This document shows positions 1-12,450 of a stretch of 64,000 nucleotides of DNA, in pieces. The notes beneath the pieces are model-generated. The model was not told the origin of the DNA. It worked only from the letters and a program-made list of their open reading frames with translations, and made no database searches. Location of the stretch: NCBI RefSeq assembly GCF_001194135.2, contig NC_068990.1, positions 68,575,386 to 68,639,385 on the forward strand, written 5' to 3'. Each line of letters opens with the position of its first letter. Position 1 is the stretch's first letter. The stretch comes from Octopus bimaculoides (Eukaryota). A program made the position numbers and the translations under genes.

Positions 1-23
1 ATCGTGGAAGACACTAAAAACCA

Positions 24-100
24 ACGGCGAACTGGCAGTATCATTAGCGCGTCGGATAAAATGCTTTACATCACCTGCTCCGGCTCTTTATATCTTGAAT
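24..100 (+). mobile_element. SINE family A (tRNA-derived, MetaSINE-like), 5' head only
   Basis: acggcgaactggcagtatcattagcgcgtcggataaaatgct matches the head of the family A copies at 11243 and 46297. Confidence 0.5.
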
Positions 101-555
101 GCCACTGAAGTTGGCTGTACCCTTCTTCCTTTCAGGATGGTTGTAATAAAGTATCGGTTATATAATGGTGTCAATGCAGTCGAATGACACTCCTCAACCT
201 CTAAAATGGCAGGTCTTGAGCCAAAGTTTGAGACTATTGTTGTTTTTATTGCCGTCGGAGTTGTTATTGTTGTTGTTGTTGATGTCGTTGCATTTGTTGC
301 CGTTGTTGCTAGTGGATGTGATGGTGTTGTCAGCGATGAATGGGCATGGCTTGCACGACTACTGAGAAAACGAGATTTAAGCACGTTTTACGTGGCTAAG
401 AAAAATTCGCTCTATTTTGCCAACAATGATTTTCGTGATATCTAAGTGTCTACTACGTTATTTTAAAGTGAATAGAAGTTCTGTATATTTAATATATTTT
501 GTAAAGATATTCTCCCACTATAATATATTTTCTTCTGGAGAGAAGGCGAGCGGGC

Positions 556-1275
556 CTAATCTATCAATCTATCTTGATCGTCCCTCAGGACACCCCAAGG
601 CTGTTTTCACACGTTTTCCCCATTCATCTCGATCTCCCATAATGGTCCTCAGCTCCTGTACCTCTTCCGTACCAGTATCCGCCAGCAAGTTGTCGATATA
701 GGTCGTCTTCCTCCTTCTTCTTCTGGTTCTTCCTTCCGTTGGTTGCCAGAGCACTAGCTTGTTAGCAATTTCATCGGTATGTCTGATTCAGTGTCCAGCT
801 AGCCTCACCCTTCTATGCTGTATCTTCAATATTATTTTTGTTAGTCCCTGGTATAAGTCGGTGTTTGTTTCCAGGAGACATTGAGTGTCATTCTAAGTAC
901 CCTCGTATAACAACCGTCCAACTGTTTCGTCAATGCTTTAGTGGGCGCCCATGTTTCAGCTCCGTATAGAAGAACAGACTCCACTGTTGTCAGAAACAAC
1001 CTTACTTTCAATTTCCTTGCTAACTTTGAACTCCATGCATTTCTCAAGTTATGGCATGCACTCCAGGCAAGAGCTTTCCTTGCTACGATGTCTTTTTCAC
1101 TACTTTGTGTCCACGCACCAAAGTATTTGAAAATTTCAACTACCATCAGCGACTTATCGTCACTCACTTTCACTGACACAGGCATTTCGTGGTTGAATAC
1201 TTGCAGCTGTTTTCTTTGCGCCACAGTACAATCCTACCTTCCTCGAAACACTAGCGTAACAGCCACGGATGCCTC
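556..1275 (-). mobile_element. RTE-clade LINE, 5'-truncated, decayed RT C-terminus and 3' end
   Basis: Minus-strand peptides IFKYFGAW...KLKVRLFLTTVESVLLYGAETW...LDGCYTRVLRMTLNVSWKQ, HRRVRLAGH*IRH and LWQPTEGRTRRRRRKTTYIDNLLADTG...DRDEW are typical of the RTE ORF2 C-terminus. It ends in a short GATA-like tail near 556-572. Confidence 0.85.
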
Positions 1276-1439
1276 AAAATATTTTGAAAACACTTTTGAA
1301 TGTTTTGTAAGCAAAACTACAGACCAGAAACAGAAGCAGCAAACAGAAAGCAATTATTGATGGCAATTGAAACTGCAGATACAATTATGAATATAGCCAT
1401 CACATGTAAGTGATTATTGCATGATAGTTTGTACTGTTT

Positions 1440-1680
1440 TTACTATTTGTGCCAATGAAGACTGGAACTGCATAAACAATCTCCTGACCTCTTCGCTCCA
1501 CGGAATATCGAGAATGTGACAGCTGGTGGGAGAGAAGATACACTAGCACTAAGTCGGAAGAGAAATGACCGAAGCAACGTGAAATGAAGTGCCATTCTCA
1601 TGAACAAAATGCGCCACTACATCCAGATACCGAACCCACGACCTAATAGTCGCAGGTGCGAACTCTGACCACTGGGCCAC
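1440..1680 (-). mobile_element. SINE family C (tRNA head plus CORE-like segment)
   Basis: Minus strand gtggcccagtggtcagagttcgcacc...ggtcgtgggttcg has A/B-box-like motifs. The body resembles the copy at 36455-36700. Confidence 0.7.
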
Positions 1681-1737
1681 TTGACTTTTTTCCCTGTCTT
1701 TCGAACATACGCACAAGACTAAGCATAATTTCCCTTA

Positions 1738-1852
<115 letters not shown>

Positions 1853-2315
1853 CTGTCAGTCAGAATTTCATTTCTGAAATATACTTTTACCGTACTGAAT
1901 AACTGTTCGAACTCTTCTTAATCTTGTTCAAGATCTAAAGATGCCGATGAATCTAACAAGCAATTCCTTGTTGATTTCAGTGATAGTGAATTCAAACATT
2001 CTTATATATTTTCACCGACTTCACGACATCGTCAAAAACAACACTCAGTCAAAAAAGGTTTCATGTAGCAGCATCGATAACACGTGCTAGAAGCAGCTGG
2101 TTACATCAAATATCTATTTAATTAATAACACAATTTGTTAGAAAAGGAGCAAGATGTAATTACCTCAAATACAGTTGAAGGTTAAGACTTTTGCTACTCG
2201 TAAATGTAATACATACACACACACATGCATACATACAAATATACACATATACCAACATATATATATATATACACACACAGGCATACACACATATTCTAGA
2301 ATATATAATATAAAC

Positions 2316-2352
<37 letters not shown>

Positions 2353-3558
2353 NNNNNNNNNNNNNNNNNNNNNNNNNNNNNNNNNNNNNNNNNNNNNNNN
2401 NNNNNNNNNNNNNNNNNNNNNNNNNNNNNNNNNNNNNNNNNNNNNNNNNNNNNNNNNNNNNNNNNNNNNNNNNNNNNNNNNNNNNNNNNNNNNNNNNNNN
2501 NNNNNNNNNNNNNNNNNNNNNNNNNNNNNNNNNNNNNNNNNNNNNNNNNNNNNNNNNNNNNNNNNNNNNNNNNNNNNNNNNNNNNNNNNNNNNNNNNNNN
2601 NNNNNNNNNNNNNNNNNNNNNNNNNNNNNNNNNNNNNNNNNNNNNNNNNNNNNNNNNNNNNNNNNNNNNNNNNNNNNNNNNNNNNNNNNNNNNNNNNNNN
2701 NNNNNNNNNNNNNNNNNNNNNNNNNNNNNNNNNNNNNNNNNNNNNNNNNNNNNNNNNNNNNNNNNNNNNNNNNNNNNNNNNNNNNNNNNNNNNNNNNNNN
2801 NNNNNNNNNNNNNNNNNNNNNNNNNNNNNNNNNNNNNNNNNNNNNNNNNNNNNNNNNNNNNNNNNNNNNNNNNNNNNNNNNNNNNNNNNNNNNNNNNNNN
2901 NNNNNNNNNNNNNNNNNNNNNNNNNNNNNNNNNNNNNNNNNNNNNNNNNNNNNNNNNTGTGTGCATATATATATATATATATATTCATATCTATATATTC
3001 ATATATATATAGATGTGTGTGTGTGTGTATGTGTGTATGTGTGTGTGTGTGTGTAAATATGCACAGACATATACATACAAATTTGTAATTATTTTACATT
3101 CGAACCGTTTAAAGGGTACCTGTAGCGGAGAACTTAAATTGGTTTACTCAATAACAACGGGGGTTTAACAATTAGAATTCCTATATCCAGCGGGTAACAA
3201 TTCTGAGTAATAACAACAGCTGTGGATATTAAAGTGCCGGATAACTGCGAGATAAACCACACGACGTCAGTAAATACATTAATATGTCGGAGAGATAAAG
3301 GATTAGAAGGTACTGAAGCAATCCAGAAGTTAGGTTATTACTTTAAGTATTTTCTGACCAAGTAAAATAAGAACATACACGACAACAAACAAATCAATAA
3401 TTTGCAATGAGAAAATAGGACGAGAATGAAACGTTACTAAGTGATACAATAAGTGATGTGTTGATGCTTTAGAGTGAATAGTGCAGTGTGTGCATGTGTG
3501 TGTGTGTGTGTGTATGTGTGTATATATATGTGTGTGTATGTTGGTTGCTAGATGGATG

Positions 3559-3605
<47 letters not shown>
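3559..3605. repeat. (GATA)n microsatellite
   Basis: Direct reading of the sequence. Confidence 0.97.
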
Positions 3606-3637
3606 GACATATTTATAATCTACCTCTCTATCTTATA

Positions 3638-4510
3638 CGTGATCTGAACAATATGTATCCAGACTGTTGCCATAGTAATAAAGCTAAAGCACGCAGTGTA
3701 AAGCCACTTGGCACAGATTGAACTTGAACATTGTTGTGCAGATGCCCTAAGTTTTAACGTTCTAGCACACTTCACCTGTTTACATCAGTGCATGGAAGTA
3801 ACGTATGTAGCGTGTGTTCATCGCATTGACCATGACTGAGAAGGTTGAGTAGAAAATCTGGCGATACCGGCTCAGGGGCATACGCATAGTTTTCGAAAAG
3901 TTTTCATCGTTCTCGACACTGTCAAAGAGATTTTGTGCAACAGAAACCCAAGTCTATTTTTGGTCAGCTGAAAGCAGTTTAGGCACAAACTTGGCAGACT
4001 CGCTTCTCAAACCCAAATCTTCAGTGATAATAGATTGAACTGCACCGTAGCTACTCTGTACATCCTCTGATAACTCACGGATGGTGATTCGATGATTTCC
4101 CCTCACAGCTGCACGCACATCTGCGATGTTTTTCTCAGTTCTGCTGGTTGCAGGTCACCTTGAACATTCGTCCCTATCGACATATTTTCGGCCACCTTGA
4201 AAACGTCTGAACGACTCGTACACTTGTGTGCGGCTCATACACTCATCTCCATATACTTTCTACAACTTTGCATAGGCCTCTGAGAAGGTACCGCCATGAT
4301 AACTTTCTCTGTCATGGTCAATGCGACGATCACACGTTACACACGTTACTTCGAATCACTGCTGTAAACAGCGGAAGTAAGCTACAACGTTAAAATTTTG
4401 TGCGCATGCACAACAGATGTCAAGGTCAATCTGTGCCAAACATCTTTACTCTGTGTGGCTTTAGCTTCGTTACTATGGCAACAGTCCAGATACTTATTGG
4501 TCAGACCTCG
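3638..4510 (-). mobile_element. Non-autonomous mariner derivative built from two inverted 5' ends
   Basis: TA flanks at 3636-3637 and 4511-4512. Arms of about 250 bp (3638-3890 and 4262-4510) are inverted copies, each containing ATG ACW GAG AAR GTT. The interior minus strand reads SEAYAKL*KVYGDECMSRTQVYESFRRFQGGR...RITIRELSEDV...FVPKLLSADQK, a mariner N-terminal HTH region. Confidence 0.88.
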
Positions 4511-4536
4511 TATATACTTGTATCTATGTGTATTTA

Positions 4537-5398
4537 CAGGGTGTCCCAAAACTACCTGATGGCTGTCAATTTTTAATAACTTCCTTAACCTTACAAATAA
4601 ATGCATGAAATGTTAATACAATATAAAGGACATAATGAGAACTAATATTCATAAGTCAAATTTTGCAACACCACTACCTCAGATATGAAAAATGACATTG
4701 CTTAAATAGCAGCCATTTTCGGCTTTGCGCACACCGTGCTTTTTTCCAAATTTGCACCACAACATCATGAAGAGTTTCAGAACCCACTTCTCTGATTTCT
4801 CTAATGATGTTCTCCTTCAGTTGTAGCAGGGTCTCCGGTTTGTTGCCGACAAGGAAAAATTCGAACTAATCAAGTCTCGGGAACGTGAAGGCCAGTTAAC
4901 ATTGCCGTAGCGGGAGATTTTTCTTTCTCCAAAACACTGCCGTTTGCAACTGCATTGTTTCTCTAGCGGTATGAGCAGTTTCCCCATCTTACTGGAACCA
5001 TGCATGAGGTCTACTGTGAATGGCATTCACGTTCCCCAGACTTGATTAGCTCGGGAATTTTTCTTATGGGGATACCTGAACGAGAGGGTTTACGTCAACA
5101 AACCGAAGACTATGGTGCAACTGAAGAATATCAATAGAGAAATCAGGGAAGTGGTATCTGAAACTCTTGAGGGCGTTTTGGTTCAAGTTTTGGAAAGAGT
5201 ACGGCTGTGCGAAGCCGAAAATGTCTGCCATTTAAGCGATGTCATTTTTCATATGTGATGTGGTATCGCAAAATTTGACTCGTGTATATTAATTTCCATT
5301 ATGTCTTTTATATTGCATTAAAATTTCATGCATTTATTTGTAAAGTTAAGGAAGTTACTAAAAATTGACAGCCATCAGTGACTTTTGGGACACACCTG
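4537..5398. mobile_element. Non-autonomous Tc1/mariner (rosa DD41D- or maT-like) derivative built from two inverted 3' ends
   Basis: TA-flanked termini CAGGGTGTCCCAAAA and TTTTGGGACACACCTG. Arms 4537-4894 and 5021-5398 are inverted copies. The plus-strand arm reads WHSRSPD...GYLNERVYVNKPKTMVQLK...RVRLCEAENVCHLSDVIFHM*, and the minus-strand arm reads ISRYGNVNWPSRSRDL. Confidence 0.88.
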
Positions 5399-5533
5399 TA
5401 TATGTGTGTGTGTGTATGTGTGTACACATATATATGCGTGTGTGTGTATATATATACACATACATATATATATGTGTAATCACCCATTTTTATATTCATT
5501 CATAAACCCACACATATATACATATATATGTGC

Positions 5534-5572
<39 letters not shown>

Positions 5573-6434
5573 ACACCCAGTCTTTAATATAAAAGAACAC
5601 GTAAATATATCTACCTTCTCATGAAAACATATACTCAGAAGACAGGCAATTGATACATGTTCGTGTAGCTCCACATGTGAAGAACATATTTGCACTTGTT
5701 GCACCCTCCATTCCCAAAAGCATCGTTCACATTTACCCAATTATCTCATTTATTATAAGTCTTTAAATTATAATAGAAAGGAATATAACCACAGCAAACA
5801 TTGAATCTCATCTTGTTTTCCATTAATTTTACCTCAAGCGATCTACAAGCATTCGACAATGACCTGAACTTAGTAGCAACATGATAAAAGACCGCCCATA
5901 GCAAAATTCTGACAAAAGTTTGACCTTAACAGAGTTCGTGATAAACACAAGCCCTCAGCTAGATTTTCATAAAAACTTGCTTATAGCAAGTTCTTTATGC
6001 AACCTCTACATCCTTATTTTAATGAAGGCATGACATTCAAATGAATTAGATAATTAATAAAATAATTCACTATTATATATGTTTCTACCGCACCCCCCTC
6101 TCTCTCTCTCTCTCTCTATCTCTCTCTGAATTTGTGTCTTTATATTTTTCCCGACCACTTTTCTGCTCTTTCTTAGTGTTTGACTGGTTGTCGGCATTTA
6201 TCAATATCTTTTGTTTCTTTCTCTCTGTTTCTAGAAGACATTGTCTTTCTCTTTCAGTCCGAGATCGCTAACTATTTTGTTCTTATCTCAAATTCTCCAG
6301 CCTTCTACCTCATTTCATCATTCTTTCTATCTGCCGCTGTTAGTTTTTCACTTTTATTTTCTACATCTTTATTTTAAAATCTGTCATTTTAATAGCCATC
6401 TTTCTATTAAATGCAGCATTGACAGAGAAGACAC

Positions 6435-6790
6435 TGCAGTTTTCGTCTAAGAGAAAATCTCTTATACATATGTTGTGTTAATAACTAAAATCTATATTGG
6501 AAGGAGATAAATGTCCTCTCGACAGCGACTAGTGAGAAAGGTAAATGCATTTCACTAACCTTGGACCTTGCCGAAGACGTGTGAATGCATTATTATCTGT
6601 TTTCTAAACTAGAGACGACACATCTTGTCTAAACATGTTGCTAGCGAGTAAACGTAGCCTAGAAAAGGCTATGATGCATTTCACCTTCTCGCTAATCGCA
6701 GTAGGGATGACTTTTTGTCTATCTCCGATCTATGTTACGTTTTTTAGCACAGCATGTTTCTAAGAAATTTTATCTCCGACGAGAACTGCA
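6435..6790. repeat. Imperfect long inverted repeat (foldback or MITE-like), family unknown
   Basis: 6435-6550 is an inverted copy of 6674-6790, e.g. gcgactagtgagaaaggtaaatgcat vs gcgattagcgagaaggtgaaatgcat, and tgcagttttcgtc vs tgcagttctcgtc. No TSD recognised. Confidence 0.6.
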
Positions 6791-8170
6791 ACAGGTTGCT
6801 TGTCATTGGTATATATACACTATTATGTACGATACAGAGATTACTCATATTATTTATTCAATAAAGCTTCAATTGCGTGCACCGGATTTTCTAATATTAT
6901 ATTTCTAATTTATATTTCACAAAATCCAAACAAATGTCTCTTACACATCAATAAACTCACTTACCCAAGCACCAATAACTTCTACGTTGTGCATAAATGA
7001 ATAGTTACGCGCTCCTAAATAGTTTATCTTGTTCCCAAATAATTTCTTCTTCGAACCAATCAGACATAGCCATTTTCCACTTTCTTTGATCTGAGGTATT
7101 TAATTTTGTTTAATCTAATTCCGTGGTTAATTAGTTATATTCATGCTTTGCGATGCAATCCTCTGTTCGCCCATCTTATCAAACACTTCCCATATTCAAT
7201 TTTCCCTAAACTACCCATATTTGTAGTTTGTCTACAAATTTTGCCTTTTCAAATTATGTGCTGCCAAATATAACTTAGATAGCGCTACTTCACTCTGGTT
7301 ATATATTTTGATGTTTTTGATTTTGAACTGTCATCAGCTTGTTCAGCTTCTCCTGCTTTGACACACCAGCCTTCTAGCTTCATGACAACACCATAATCTG
7401 CTTCATACATCTTCTCTCTGACCTCATTGAGGAAATGTCAGTCCAAGCTACCATAGTAAGAATGCTATTGAATACAAACAACAATGGCGTTTAGTCGATT
7501 GGTCTTCTCTAGAGAGGAAATTATATATGCATCGAAAGAAAACCATCCATTTAAGATCATTTCAAGAAACCTCAGAGGAACTACCCCAATACTGACTAGT
7601 TAATCTCTAATTTGTTGAATAAATGCATTCGGGTTTACTGTTGATAGTTGACAAATTTCACTCAATGACTTTTGGCCCTTCACACATGTCCGATGATCTG
7701 TACAATTGCACCAAATTCCAACATGGATGAATAACTCGCTAAAGAGTTTTGTATTAAATCGAAGACTTTTGGTTTTATTACTAACTTGGTGCTTTGTTAT
7801 GGAATAAATTTAGGCACAAGAAAAAAATTAGAAGACAATGTTCAATTTGGCAATCGATCTCATTAGATCAATCAATCAAGTTGTCTAGTTGCCTATATTT
7901 CTATAAGTCTATGCCTATAGTTTATATCTATTTTGATACAGAACATGCTGGTAGAGATATCTATTATAATTACTTCTCCATAATTTCTTGGAACTAAATT
8001 TTATTTCAATTATGGCATCATAGACGAATGCCATTTTCCATAGACTTGGATCGACTCGTGCTTTGTGAGTGGAATAGGGCAATTTAATTTATCGGACAAC
8101 TGAGCCCGCATCGTCGAAACTGACTGAAAACCACTTGTATATGTATGTGTATAAATATATATATACATGC

Positions 8171-8208
<38 letters not shown>

Positions 8209-8220
8209 GANNNNNNNNNN

Positions 8221-8273
<53 letters not shown>

Positions 8274-8689
8274 TGCTTACACACATATACACACACACGC
8301 ACATAAAAACACAGACTCATGCACACTCACACACACACATAAGCAGATACATAGACAAACAGGCTGATAGATAACATGAGAAGATTTTTATTTGACAAGT
8401 AAACAAGATGGAAGAACGAACATCACATTGCAGACAATATATGTGTGTGTGTGTGCACATACATATCAATGTGTTTGTAAGTGCGCGCGTATGTTTGAAG
8501 GTATGTTGTACATAGTAGGGCATATGTGCGTATATATTATGTCTAAAAGTATATGATAATGCGTATGTATTATATATGTATTATGTATATATATATGTAT
8601 ACGTACAGGGTACGTGTGTGTGTACGTGTGAATGCATGATATATATATATATATANNNNNNNNNNGAAGTGAAGTAGTTTAGCTTATTT

Positions 8690-8750
8690 ATTGAGTCCCA
8701 GAGGATTTTTTGGTTTCCGGTACACTTTGTACCTCTTCAGTTCTAATTCA
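8690..8750 (-). other. Decayed hammerhead-like motif followed by AATAAA (Penelope-type terminus?)
   Basis: Minus strand CTGAAGA-GGTAC-aaagt-GTACC-g-GAAA-CCA...TGG, with one extra G and no NUH triplet. Confidence 0.4.
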
Positions 8751-9297
8751 TTTCTTGTCCCTTAAGCGGCTATCTAATTTGTTTTAACAACTAACGAAGA
8801 TCTATTTAAGGACCATGCAAAAATGTCTTCATCTTGCTTAAAGCGGTTGGGAACCATCCAGGAAATTAATGGTAATACTAGAATTAATTTATAAGGAACC
8901 CATTCACCACAATTACGTGCATGCGCACACAAACGTATGTTCACATACCTTCATATCTACACACGCACATCTATCCATACGTGAAACTTAACATTAAAAA
9001 AAGTCAAACACATCAATACTCACCGCTAGGTGAACATAACCACCTACTTTTGTACCGTCATTCCTCTGCATCAGACACTCGTTCTTACACATGTAAATAC
9101 ACAATCATAGATAGAAGTGCACGCTGCTGCCAAGATGTTCAATATCGTATTAAAAAAATACCGTTTGGTGTTTGTGTTTATAAAAGATGAGGTAAATATA
9201 CACATAGGGTTACATATACATGCGTAAGAAATACTGTATATCCTGAATATCACACAAAATATTCTATTCACAAACAACATTAACTCCCCATATATAT

Positions 9298-9338
<41 letters not shown>

Positions 9339-9756
9339 NNNNNNNNNNNNNNNNNNNNNNNNNNNNNNNNNNNNNNNNNNNNNNNNNNNNNNNNNNNNNN
9401 NNNNNNNNNNNNNNNNNNNNNNNNNNNNNNNNNNNNNNNNNNNNNNNNNNNNNNNNNNNNNNNNNNNNNNNNNNNNNNNNNNNNNNNNNNNNNNNNNNNN
9501 TATATATACATATGAGGAAAGAGTATAAATATATACATGCATACACACATATATACATACCAATACACACATGCACACACATATGCACAAGTTAAATATA
9601 GATATACTAATGTATGTATGCTTGCATATGTGCGTATGCTTATATATTTACGTATTTATACATGCTCATACATACAGACACACGCTCATACATGCATGCA
9701 TACATACATACATAGACACATACATAAATACACACATACATACATACATACATACA

Positions 9757-9793
<37 letters not shown>

Positions 9794-11242
9794 ACGTGCA
9801 AAATGTATTCATTTCAACACATATTAGTACGAATAAACGTATGCACATACACGCACAACACAAAGCCTGACATAGCCGACTAAAATACACTATATAAAGA
9901 ATGAGACAGTCGATCAATACAGTCTTAATAATATTCACTGTTCCATGTCTACCAACCTCACTATGTACACAAGAGGGCAGCAACAGAGATCAATATGGCG
10001 GCGAGTGTTCACCTCCAATTCTTCATTTTCTAACGTCTCTGACCTTATAGATAACAGCAGTGACCAACGTCTTCGTTCGCTGAGAGATATTTATTAAGAA
10101 GGCTAATGCAATGGGCGTATAGGAATCCATCCATTCATACCTACGTATGTAATATAAGTATCTACACATGTATGCATATATACAAATATACATATATACG
10201 GAATAGGGATATCAAAGATGTGTCTATATCCTCTATTTCTAAAAGGGAACAGTACAGTTTTCTCGAAATTGACGAGAACTTTATATATGTTGCTGCTGTG
10301 AATAAAGTTAAAGTGACAAAGGAATATTTCAGCAGACTTCAAAACATGGCGAAATCAAGGACTGTCTGCATCCAGTAGGACTATATCCTATGATGTTTTT
10401 TTGCAGTGCCAATGTTAGTACCAACATTTACGATACTAAGCTGTACATGTGAAGAGATCAGCAACTTGACAATTATGGTAAGTAAATATACAAACCTCCA
10501 CTTGCTGACTTCATAAAGGATACTTGAAGAATATTTTAATAAAATTAACTTTTTTGTCCGAACACAATATACTGTGGAACACAGAACGAAGTCACGCACT
10601 GTTGGACAACTCGGTGGTTCAACATATGTGAATGTCTCGTCTAAAATTCTGAACAAAGAGCAGATCTTAGGTGAACTTGTGAATAACTTACAGCTCTTGC
10701 ATTGGATCTAATGTTTTTTTTCTTTTTATTGAAGGGGCACTGAATTATGCAATATGTAACAACAGATTTACATAAAAACCAGAAAATGTATGTTTCTGAG
10801 AAAGATCAAAGCAAAATGATTGTTATCCTTGTAAGTTTATTAATTACTAGGCAGAGAAGAGATTTATAGTCATATTCATTTTGAGTTTCCTGGAATGAGA
10901 TTTATACACACAATATATCATGATGTGTAATTCTGTTACGTTTATTGAGTACTTTCGTTCCTAAAGCTATATAATACAGACACACACGCACACATGTACA
11001 CACACATGCCTGCAGATGCACATATACACATACACATGTATATGTACACATTGACGATGTACTTCTGTTAATCTTGACGAGAAACAGTAATCAGTTTGAA
11101 GTCATGGTAGAAGACACTATCCCAAGTTGCCCATTCTTGAGATTGAGCACAAAATAACACAGTTGCGACTCGAACGTTTTAACCGCACAACTATAACTAA
11201 GCTCATATATTTACATCACTTACATTATTACATGGAGGTGTA

Positions 11243-11431
11243 TGGCGGTGAACTGGTAGAATCGTTAGTGCGCTGGAAGAAATGCTATGTTCTGCGTTCA
11301 AATTCCTCCGGGGTCGACTTTGCCTTTCAACCTTTCGAGGTCGATAACATAATACCAACTGAACACTGGGGACGATGAAATTGACTCATCCCCTCCCCAA
11401 AAATTGCGGATGTTATTGCAAAATTTGAAAC
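11243..11431 (+). mobile_element. SINE family A with a perfect 20-bp TSD
   Basis: Head ggcggtgaactggtagaatcgttag and Meta-like core gtcgactttgcctttcaacctttcgaggtcgataa...accaac. cattattacatggaggtgta is duplicated at 11223-11242 and 11432-11451. Confidence 0.9.
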
Positions 11432-12147
11432 CATTATTACATGGAGGTGTAGTTCGTACCAGTTAGCAACACTGGGTATGAATTTAAAGTTTAAATCCAT
11501 ACGCAAGGCATTTGTATAATCTGATACAACGCTGTATTTATTGTGTCAATATAACGTCTATTGTCTTCATCTTGTTCTGGAAAGATATTTATGTTTGACT
11601 GAAAATTAGAACAAATGTGATACCAGATCAAAATTTCCATGAATATTTCCTCCATGAATAGAGAGAGCGAGCGCTGCTGCTTGTAATTTATTGTCTGTAA
11701 TTAACGTAGATTACGAAATAAAGCTCGTATAGTGATCTCTTTTTAAAAATTAATTCTAACGTCTAATCTTATAATATATATACTCATCTTAAGAAAGACG
11801 TTTTAAGCATCAGGAAAGTGCAGTTTATTTCAGTAGTCAACAAACTACATGATGCAACATAAAATAAGCTTCATTATTCTACCATCTCTGTCAGCTCAGC
11901 ATACCGTCATACAGCATATTGAATCCACACAGCATATTGAATCCACTCATTTGAAGCCGTTAGGGGAAAGGCTTCAGCGTAAATAAATGGTACGCCTCCG
12001 CAAAAGGTTGAATTTTATTAACAGCAAATTCACTATTGTTCATTATATTTCTGTGGTCATAAAATTATGAGATATCTCTTGGTGGTTTTTATTTTATTGC
12101 ATTTCATTCTTAATAATAACAAAAACAACAACAACAACAACAACAAC

Positions 12148-12189
<42 letters not shown>

Positions 12190-12191
<2 letters not shown>

Positions 12192-12280
12192 TTAATTGGA
12201 AGTGATATCATGTACATATTTTTTCTTGGCATAAAAGATGGGTTACAACAAATATTCTGCTCAATGCCACAGAATGGCCT
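12190..12280 (+). mobile_element. Fragment of non-coding (AAT)n-associated retroposon D
   Basis: attggaagtgatatcatgtaca...aaatattctgctcaatgccacaga is an inverted copy of about 13622-13705 and follows an (AAT)n tract. Confidence 0.7.
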
Positions 12281-12281
12281 G

Positions 12282-12450
12282 CAGTCATTCCGCGGCACCG
12301 CCTTGAAAGGGCTTTGTCGATGAAATCGTCCCCAGAACTGGCGTCTTTTAAAAATCTGGTACTTATTGTATCATGCTCTTTTGCTGAAGCGTTAAAACTA
12401 CGAGGATGTAACAAACCAACGGCGGTTGTCAAGTTGTGTGGGGAAACACA
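12282..12450 (-). mobile_element. SINE family B, 3' half
   Basis: Matches the reverse complement of the 3' half of the copy at 17403-17826 (tggtacttatt...caaaccaacggcggttgtcaag). Confidence 0.65.

Noticed and set aside
7270-7760. Coding-looking minus-strand stretch (EVREKMYEADYGVVMKLEGWCVKAGE; HVGIWCNCTDHRTC)
   Set aside because: Short frames with stops, no splice signals and no family I can recognise; possibly a decayed transposase. It needs a tblastx search.
11080-11110. TTGACGAGAAAC...GTTTGAAG hammerhead-like remnant on the plus strand
   Set aside because: Both core segments are mutated; it cannot be supported without a family consensus.
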